NCBI RefSeq assembly: GCF_009914755.1
Contig: NC_060925.1
Length of the DNA: 64,000 nt
Origin: the human T2T-CHM13v2.0 reference genome, Homo sapiens
Strand: one strand, 5' to 3'
Below, one piece after another: positions 51,559 to 64,000 of the stretch. The notes beneath the pieces were generated by a model. That model saw nothing but the letters and a program-made list of their open reading frames with translations. It ran no database searches and was not told where the DNA came from. Position numbers and translations under genes: made by a program. Numbering within the stretch: the first letter of the stretch is position 1; every line of letters begins with the position of its first letter.

Positions 51559-53009
51559 TTACAAATTGATTAGTTAAGTATAAGCCGTTTAGTAGGTGGC
51601 ATGAAGAAACCTGCTCACTAGATGGAGATAAATAAAATTGGGTCCTTGCTGTTTATAAAGAAGAACCAAAAAATGTAGACAAAACTGTAAAGTTAATAAA
51701 ACATAATTTATCTTTTTGACTTTGTATTAGGAAAGTATTTCTTAATACCTCAAAAGCTTGAAGTCATAAGGTGAAATTTAATTTGATGATGTTCTCAAAT
51801 TCATTAGTAATAAGAGAAATCTAAATTAAAACATGCTTTTAGTTTATACCGATTAGGCTAACAAAAATTAGAAAGCAGAACTGGATAATGCCACATATTG
51901 GCTGGACGCAGGGAAATAGGAGCCTCAAGGAGTGCAGGTTAGTGTAGTCATTCTTGAGAACAATTTGGCAGTACATCATTTACTTGATAAGATTCATTTT
52001 GACCTAACAGTCTGTTTCTGTGTCTGTAAGCAGAGATTAATTCTCACATGGGTTCATAAGGGGACATGTAAGGAGATAATTCATTTCAACATTGTTTTTG
52101 GGTGTTGCAATTAAAGATACTGTGAATCTGCAATGCTGGGGGAGTGGATAGACAACATGTGGAGTACTTTGCATCAATCAGAAACAATGAACCAAGTCAC
52201 TGAAATTGTATACAACCAATTTTTTACAGATAAATCTTTTAAAAATAATAAAAATAAATATACCATAATAAATATACCACAGCAACGTGAATAGGTTTTA
52301 AAACATCTAATGCAGAGGGTAAAAGTAGGTATACATAGAAATAGAAGAATGTTCATCAAACAAATTAGAAGAATAACTTCTTGGGAAGGGGAATGGGGTT
52401 AGGAAATGGAGATGGAAAGAAAATCAGTTAGAAGAGGGATATTATACAGATGATGATAACACACCATGAACTGAGGAGTATGATTAAATTTTTTGTACCC
52501 AAGGAATAAAAATGGGGCTTGGGAAATTATTTAACAGTGAATGTAAATTGGGTTGGAGTAAAAAAAAAACTATGAACATAAAAAAGAAAAACTTAAAATA
52601 ATCCAGGTACAAGGACATGAGGCTTTTCTTTAGGATTGTGGTAATCGGGAATGGAAAGTAAAGGACTAGTATAAGAAATACTGCAAAGACGTGGTGTCAA
52701 CAACCAGTTGGGTGAAGAGATGAGCCAAGTTTTGAATCTGGGTAACTGGGAAGATGGAGATACTATTAATTAAAGAGGAGTAGCAAACAGAAGATAACCA
52801 CATGTAACTCTGACAAGATGTGTTGAATTCAGCTCTAGATATATTCCATTGGAAGTTCCAGCATTTCACTGAGGTAGTTATTCACTGTTAGAGCATTTAT
52901 TGAGGATATACTATGTGTTAGGCATCAAAGCAGGATATATATATATATTTTGCCAAAATTGTAGCAAAAATTGTATATGTGTATGTATATATCCTGCTTT
53001 GATATATAA

Positions 53010-53875
53010 GTATACATTTATATATGAACATATATATGTATTTAAGTTCAGAGGTATATGTACAGGTTTGTTATATAGGTAAATTTGTGTCATGGGTTTA
53101 TTGTCACCCAGGTATTAAGCCTAGTACCCATTAGTTATTTTTCCTGATACTCTCCCTCCTCCTACCCTCTACCCTCTGGTAGACCCCAGTGTCTATAGTT
53201 CTCCTCTATGGGTCCATATGTTCTCATCATTTAGCTCCCACTTATTAAGTGAGAGCATGCAGTATTTGGGTTTCTATTCCTGTGTTAGTTTGCTAAGGAT
53301 AACGGCCTCTAGCTCCATACATGTTCTGCAGAGTACATGATCTTGTTCTTTTTTATGACTGCATAGTATTCCATGGTGTATATGTACCACATTTTCTTTA
53401 TCCAGTGTACCATTGATGGGCATTTAGGTTGATTCCATGTCTTTGCTATTGTGAATAGTGCTGCAGTGAACATACACATGCATGTGTCTTTATGATAGAA
53501 CAATTTATATTTCTTTGGATATATACCTAGTAATGGGATTGCTGGGTTAAATGGTAGTTCTCTTTTTACGTCTTTGAGGAATTGCCACACTGCTTTCCAC
53601 AATGGTTGAACTAATTTACACTCTCACCAACAGTGTATAAACATTCCATTTTCTCCACAACCTTGCCAACGTCTGTTATTTTTTGACTTTTTAATAGTAG
53701 CCATTCTGACTGGCATGAGATGGTATCTCATTGTGGTTTTGATTCGTATTTCTCTAATGATCAATAATATTGAGCATTTTTTCATATGCTTGTTGGCTGC
53801 ATGTATGTCTTCTTTTGAAGTGTCTGTTCATGTCATTTGCCCACTTGTTAATGGGTTTTTTTTTTCTTGTAACTC
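53010..53875 (-). mobile_element. L1PA/L1PB 3' end (5'-truncated)
   Basis: Minus ORF 53309-53602 is L1 ORF2p C-terminus (PAIPLLGIYP...KTWNQPKCPS...WYIYTMEYY); TSD AAAGCAGGATAT at 52927 and 53886. Confidence 0.9.
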
Positions 53876-54097
53876 TGTTTAAGTTAAAGCAGGATATTTT
53901 TTATTCCTAAGATGTTTTGGCCCTGGTATTTCAGTCTCCTCCATTTTGATCCTTAGAGTGATTTGATTGGGTTTCCCAGAATTCGTAAGGTTGAAATTAT
54001 ACCAGTTTACTGTTGAGTTAAAAAAAAAAATGACAAAATGGTTAAAACATCCCAACAAATTAGATCTGTAAAATTTCACCTAAGAAACCAGATTTTG

Positions 54098-54414
<317 letters not shown>

Positions 54415-54705
54415 TTAGTAATAGTGGCCACAAAGGAAAACTTAAAATGGCAGAGAATCATTGAAATTTGCTTTGAACTAAAAAATGAATAGGTGAATCA
54501 AATTTTTGTTGTAAAATTTACTCTAGAAGAGGCTTGATATTGTTTTCAGTAGTTTCAGTAAAACAAAATTGAAAAGGGAGGGAAAAAATAGAAACTTTGT
54601 GCCATGTAGAAAATCGCTCTGGGTATCCAGTCAGCTTGATGTTTTTATTGTTCCAGAAAATGCTGGGTTCTTGCCCCCACTTAACTGAGGTAGACTTGAA
54701 TCTCT

Positions 54706-55010
<305 letters not shown>

Positions 55011-55840
55011 TTGAATCTTTTAAATTAGTTTTAGATTATATCAATACTATGTGAGTACATTCTCATTGTAATATATTTAGATTTTATAAACAAAATAAAA
55101 GTGACCCTGTAATCCTGTCACTTCCCTCTCTAGAGGTAACCACCATTTGGAATATATCCTTTCAGTTTCTCTGCTTTTACAAATGTGTGTACAAAAAATA
55201 CGTATTGATTTGTGAAAATTTGGTATTTCCTATATAGTCTGTAAGTTTTGAATATATAAGTATTGAATATCTTTCTGTGTCAGTTACATTGGCTCAGATG
55301 TTTGCTGGGTAAAAATGGAGGTTTTATAATATCCTTACTAGCTAGGTACTGTAAGGATGGGAGGAGAAAGGAACACAGGTATGTTTGCTGCTCTCAGGAG
55401 GCTCACAGTTAGAAGAATTGAAAATATATAATCATTATAATAGACAAAGTGTCCTAATAGAGATATGTACTAGGTGTCTTCTTGGTACAGAGGAAAGATT
55501 ACTCTTGGAGAAAGAAGTTAATATGTTAGGGAGTGCTTAGAGATGGTAAAAGAGATTTTGAATCACTTTCTAAGAATATTTTGCAGGTCAGATGTATCCT
55601 GGAATGATTAAGTAATATGCTCGCTTCATTCTTCTCTGTCTAGTGAAATGTATGTCATCTTTTGGCAATAATCAATCTTTTTGGTGTCTTAAGCCAAGAT
55701 TCTAAAAGCAAAATCTTTATCATATATGAATATTTTTTAGAATTTTGACAGCTTTATACAGTGGCAGAAATTACTTCTGTTAATATTTTTGTATTTCATC
55801 TTACAGAGGATTATGTGAATATATTGTTTCCCTTCTTTAG

Positions 55841-55961
55841 GGAGGTGGTTGACTCAATGGTTCAGCATTTTAAAGTAACTATATTTGGAGACCGTAGACC
55901 AGTTTATGATGGAAAAAGAAGTCTTTACACCGCCAATCCACTTCCTGTGGCAACTACAGGG
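55841..55961 (+). CDS. AGO3: AGO3 exon 3 (N domain)
   Basis: ctttag|GGAG...ACAGGG|gtaaga; 121 nt; [40 protein letters not shown]. Confidence 0.97.
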
Positions 55962-56084
55962 GTAAGATATGCATTCCTGTATTGGAAAGGTATATTTTTG
56001 AAGTGTCTCCTTTTACACGCATTTATTACCATTTTTATTACAGTCCATATATATGTGAATATTTATCACTGATTGTTTTTAACT

Positions 56085-58500
<2,416 letters not shown>

Positions 58501-58523
58501 GAAATGACACTTTTTGGGGAATA

Positions 58524-58908
58524 CAATCCTGCATCACCTAAAACAATGGGGATATGCTCTGCGAAATGTGTCCTTGGGCAATTTTGTCATTGTGCTATCA
58601 TCACAGTGTATACTTACGCAAACCTGAATGGTATAGCTTACTACACACATACACCATATAATATGGTTTATTATTGCTATAAACCTATATAGGATGTTAC
58701 TATACCGAATACTGTAGGCACTTGTAAGACAATGGTAAATATTTGTGTATCTAAACGTATCTAACTATAGAAAAGGTACAGTAAAAATACATTGTAAAAG
58801 ATTGTTTAAATGGTACGCCTGTATAAGGCAGCTTCATTATAATCTAATGGGACCACCGTGTATATGGGGTCCATTGTGGACCAAAAATCATTATGTGGTG
58901 CATGACTC
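58524..58908 (-). mobile_element. Tigger3/MER7-like DNA transposon
   Basis: Reverse-orientation relative of the 41438 copy; TA-flanked degenerate TIRs. Confidence 0.75.
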
Positions 58909-59612
58909 TACTTCATTACTTTCTGGCACAGGATGTTCCTGGTTTATTTTATGTTTTCTCTGCTGCAGTCCTGCAACTAACCATTTCTCTGAGGATCTCT
59001 GGTTTCTTTTAGTTGGCAAATGCAATTTTGAAATGAAAATCTGGGTACTGGTATGTTCACAGCTGCTGGGGTATATGTGCTTCTAAGCCCTTTCAATGGA
59101 TAGAGGTAGGAAATTTATAAATAAGTAGATAAATAAATAAAACGGACAATAAAAACATATTACACTTTGTATGGTAAATCTAACACATATATATAGGAAA
59201 TCGTGAGTTCACACCCGATTCTTCCAATTCTAGTCCGTGCCTCATGGGATTCTTCCTTTCCTCACTCCATTTCATATTTGTATCTTTCTTCTTTAGTTAG
59301 ATTCCTGGCTCCTCAAAACATCACCACTCCTTCTCATTTGCTCAGTCCTACAGTACATATAAAATAGTTTGTGAGAAAACAAACCTACTAATGATTCAAG
59401 GCTTTATTTTGTATGCAATTCTTCTAAATCCACCCTTTCTCTACCCCTAGAATTAAGACTATTGTCAGTATACATACTGTGTTCAAGAGTTACTTGAATT
59501 AGAGCTTCCTTTTTCTTTTTTTTCAATGTGGTTATGTTATTTATTTGAAATTTATTTGGGTTCATTTGATTCTGTTTATGATATTCTGTTTTAATTTTTT
59601 CCCTCCCTCCCT

Positions 59613-60369
<757 letters not shown>

Positions 60370-60909
60370 TAGAACTTTAATATGCTTCCAAATTTCAAAA
60401 GTATACCAAAACATATACTCAGAATTGTTCTGTCCTTATTTTTTCCAGTCCATTCCCTCCCATCCTTTGAAAGTAACTAGTTTCTTTGTTTCTGGTTCAT
60501 GCTTCCTGTGTTTCTTTTTGCAGAAGTAAGCAGATATGTGAATATTTTCCTCCTTTCTTACACAAAAGATGTCATAATATTTGTAATCTTTTGTACTTTG
60601 CTTTTGTCACTTAATAGTATAGCTTGGAAATTTATTCCATGGCAGTTTCAAGAGATTTTCCTCATTCTTTTTTCATAGCCGCATAGATGTTGGAGCATTT
60701 AGGGTAGTTTCCAGTATTTTGCAATGACACATAATGCTGGCACGAGTAACTATGTTATTTAAATTTTATCTACAAAAAAAAATGGTATATTTTAGTCTAT
60801 TGACTTTATTTTTGCCATGTTTTCTCTTAGATATTTTTATAAGTTAAATCTAAAATAATTGTATTTATCTTTTTCAACATTTACCAGTTGACTCTTTTCC
60901 CATCAACAG

Positions 60910-61118
60910 GTAGATTTAGACGTTACTTTACCTGGGGAAGGTGGAAAAGATCGACCTTTCAAGGTGTCAATCAAATTTGTCTCTCGGGTGAGTTGGCACC
61001 TACTGCATGAAGTACTGACAGGACGGACCTTGCCTGAGCCACTGGAATTAGACAAGCCAATCAGCACTAACCCTGTCCATGCCGTTGATGTGGTGCTACG
61101 ACATCTGCCCTCCATGAA
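60910..61118 (+). CDS. AGO3: AGO3 exon 4 (N domain, includes AGO3-specific insertion)
   Basis: caacag|GTAGAT...ATGAA|gtgggt; 209 nt; [69 protein letters not shown](K). Confidence 0.97.
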
Positions 61119-61516
61119 GTGGGTGCTTCTGCTTTTTTTCTCTTTAGATTTTAAACTCCCAAGAATGAATTGTGCAGGCTTCCCTTGGTTAAACCTTTAT
61201 TTGTCATATATTTTGATTGTTCAACTGAAATGTTGAACAAGAATAGCATCCATACAAATTCATTGACAGGAGTACGTTACAGAAAATTATCTGGCTTTTG
61301 CAAGTAACTATACGTCATTAGCTTAGCTAGTCTCATGAATAATTTTATAGAAAAATATCTCACCCTTTCTCTTAGGATCTAAAAGTCTTAACAGATCTAT
61401 TTTCAGATGTATTTATTTAGTTATCTTGTTTTAAAAGTAATTTCACTGTTTATACAACAATATCAAATTGTGTTGAATTGCTTTTTTTCAATAACCCTAG
61501 GACCTCACATGTGTAG

Positions 61517-61882
<366 letters not shown>

Positions 61883-62260
61883 CAGTATGTTTTTTTTTAA
61901 AGAAAAATAGTATGTCTTGCAAACACATTTATATAAATACCTTTTTGTTCAATAATTATTTACTTGTTAACATTTTTAAGGTCGGAACTGTTAACTTTTT
62001 AAAACCTATTTTTAAGAAATTATTTTAAATAAAATTTATTCTTATTTCAACCAACAATTTTGAGAAAGGAAAATTTAAGTAGATTTTTTTCCATTTAGAG
62101 TGGATACTTTTTGCTTTCTCAAATTTGGAACATGTTTAGTTTCATATATTCATAATGATAAGCATCATTATGTTAATTGTGCTCTAGTCTCCCCTTTTCT
62201 GCAGATTTAAATACTTGCATGAGAAGGAAAGGATTGAACATGCCATTTTAATTTTTGTAG

Positions 62261-62397
62261 ATACACACCTGTGGGGCGTTCATTTTTCTCCGCTCCAGAA
62301 GGATATGACCACCCTCTGGGAGGGGGCAGGGAAGTGTGGTTTGGATTCCATCAGTCTGTTCGGCCTGCCATGTGGAAAATGATGCTTAATATCGATG
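62261..62397 (+). CDS. AGO3: AGO3 exon 5 (L1 linker)
   Basis: ttgtag|ATAC...GATG|gtaagg; 137 nt; [45 protein letters not shown]; gene continues beyond the window. Confidence 0.97.
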
Positions 62398-64000
62398 GTA
62401 AGGGAACTAAAGCCATATTCTGTATTGGGTGGTGGATTTCTGTATGATGTGTGTACATAAATTTTATATATAATTATACATACTGGTGTCTCGAAGTAAT
62501 ATTTGGACATGTATTATGATCTACTGGAGAAACCTTTATATTTTTATTACATTTCATTTAGAAAGCCTGTAGAATTTACCTTGGAATGCTGCTAAACATG
62601 AAGCAAGCACATGAAGACAGATTTAAAAGCCCTGATGATTATCTGAGCAATCTTCTATTATAACTCACTTTTGCCCTTTTAACTCTAAGCCAACATTTTA
62701 TTATGAAATATATATTTTAAGAAAGATAATTCTGTTGGGCATGGTGACCCCCAGATGTTATACCCACTGCTGGTCTTAATGTGATGCTAATTGCATTCTT
62801 GTTTTTAGGTGTTTTCTTACAAAATATTTTCAAGCTTATGTAAAAACAGAGAGAGTAGTATTATGAACTACCACATAGGTAGCCATTACTCAGATTGTCA
62901 GAATTTTTCTACCTTTGCGTAATCCGAGTACATTTCTTCCTCTACAGTAGTGTTTTTAAATCTAATTCCAGACAGCATGTTATTTTATCCCTATTACTTC
63001 AATGTGTACCTCTAAAACTATGGATATTTTCTTATAGCAGCAATGGCATTATCATATGTAGGAAAATTATAAACAAGCATTTATTTTTACCCTCTAATAC
63101 CTGTCCACAATCAGATTTCCCTGATTGTCTGAAATATGCCTTTTTCTTGTTAGCTGGTTCTAATCAGAATCCAAACAAGATCCACACATCACATTTGATT
63201 ATTGTGCCTTTTGCCATCTAGTAGTCCCATTTCCTTTCCTGTTTTCTTATTTCTTTATGCCATTGACATTTTACAAAAACTGGGTCACTTGTTCTGTAGA
63301 ATATGTTCAAATCTGATTTTGTCTTTTTGTTTTCTTGTGTTATTACCTTGTTCCTCTATCCCCTGTTTTTTCTGAAAATGAAAGTTAGCTTAGAAGTTTC
63401 ATTCCATTCTGGTTCAAAATGCTTAAGTGCTTTATGTCGTGTCATATTAGGAAACACAGTATCTAGTGGTCCCAATTTTAGTGATTCAAAAATCAGTCTC
63501 TAGGTTCAGAGATTAATCAGTAGATTCAGAGATCTCTCCATTGTAAATTTCTTAATTAACCTTTGAATTGCTAATGTTCTGTTCACTGATCGTTGTGGCC
63601 CAAATTATTTATTTCACTAGGGATTACGAACTGGTAATTTTTCTGTTATTCTTTTTGCATTAGGTGGAATTTTTCTGTGGAAAAGCTCAGTGTCCTATTG
63701 AAAATTAGTAAATGTTTGAAAGCTTTCTTGCTTTCGGGCACAGCAGGATATTCCTTGCTCATCTTATATTTCCTGCCCAGTACCTGAAATTAGACATTCC
63801 TCCAAGGATCCCTGGATCCTTCCAGATTAGGGTATAGTTTCCTCATTTTTTCAGCTGCACCTACCATTGTGTAATATATGATTGAGGAGGGGATATATTT
63901 AACCAGTTTTCTTTAGATGTATACTAGGGTTATTTTTAACTTTTCTATTTTACATCATTTTATGTATATTAAGATAAGTCTGTAAGATACATTCCTGGCG

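Noticed and set aside
53309-53602. 97-aa ORF with clear protein-like sequence
   Set aside because: C-terminal remnant of L1 ORF2p in a truncated element, not a gene

Overview
Human (primate) genomic DNA from the Argonaute cluster (AGO4-AGO1-AGO3, 1p34.3), with both genes on the + strand. Positions 1-8500 hold the last seven coding exons of AGO1 (MID/PIWI end, stop TGA at 8498-8500). The stop is followed by a 33-codon in-frame readthrough extension (AGO1x), a repeat-poor 3' UTR rich in miRNA seed matches with a probable proximal poly(A) site near 13190, and a repeat-rich extension ending at a distal poly(A) signal (19403) next to the AGO3 CpG-island promoter (~19540-20560). AGO3 coding exons 1-5 (N and L1 domains) lie at 20321-62397, separated by long introns dense in Alu, L1, L2, MIR and DNA-transposon fragments. 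Most ORF-track entries are spurious or Alu/L1-derived. I see no CRISPR array, rRNA, tRNA or prokaryote-type system. The most interesting unexplained signals are regulatory: a let-7 site locked in a hairpin by a let-7-seed mimic in AGO3 exon 2, an overlapping uORF (ATGAATG) at the AGO3 start, frame-preserving exon blocks flanked by inverted Alus, an AGO1 distal 3' end abutting the AGO3 promoter, and a run of overlapping palindromes. Repeat boundaries and subfamily names were judged by eye and are approximate.
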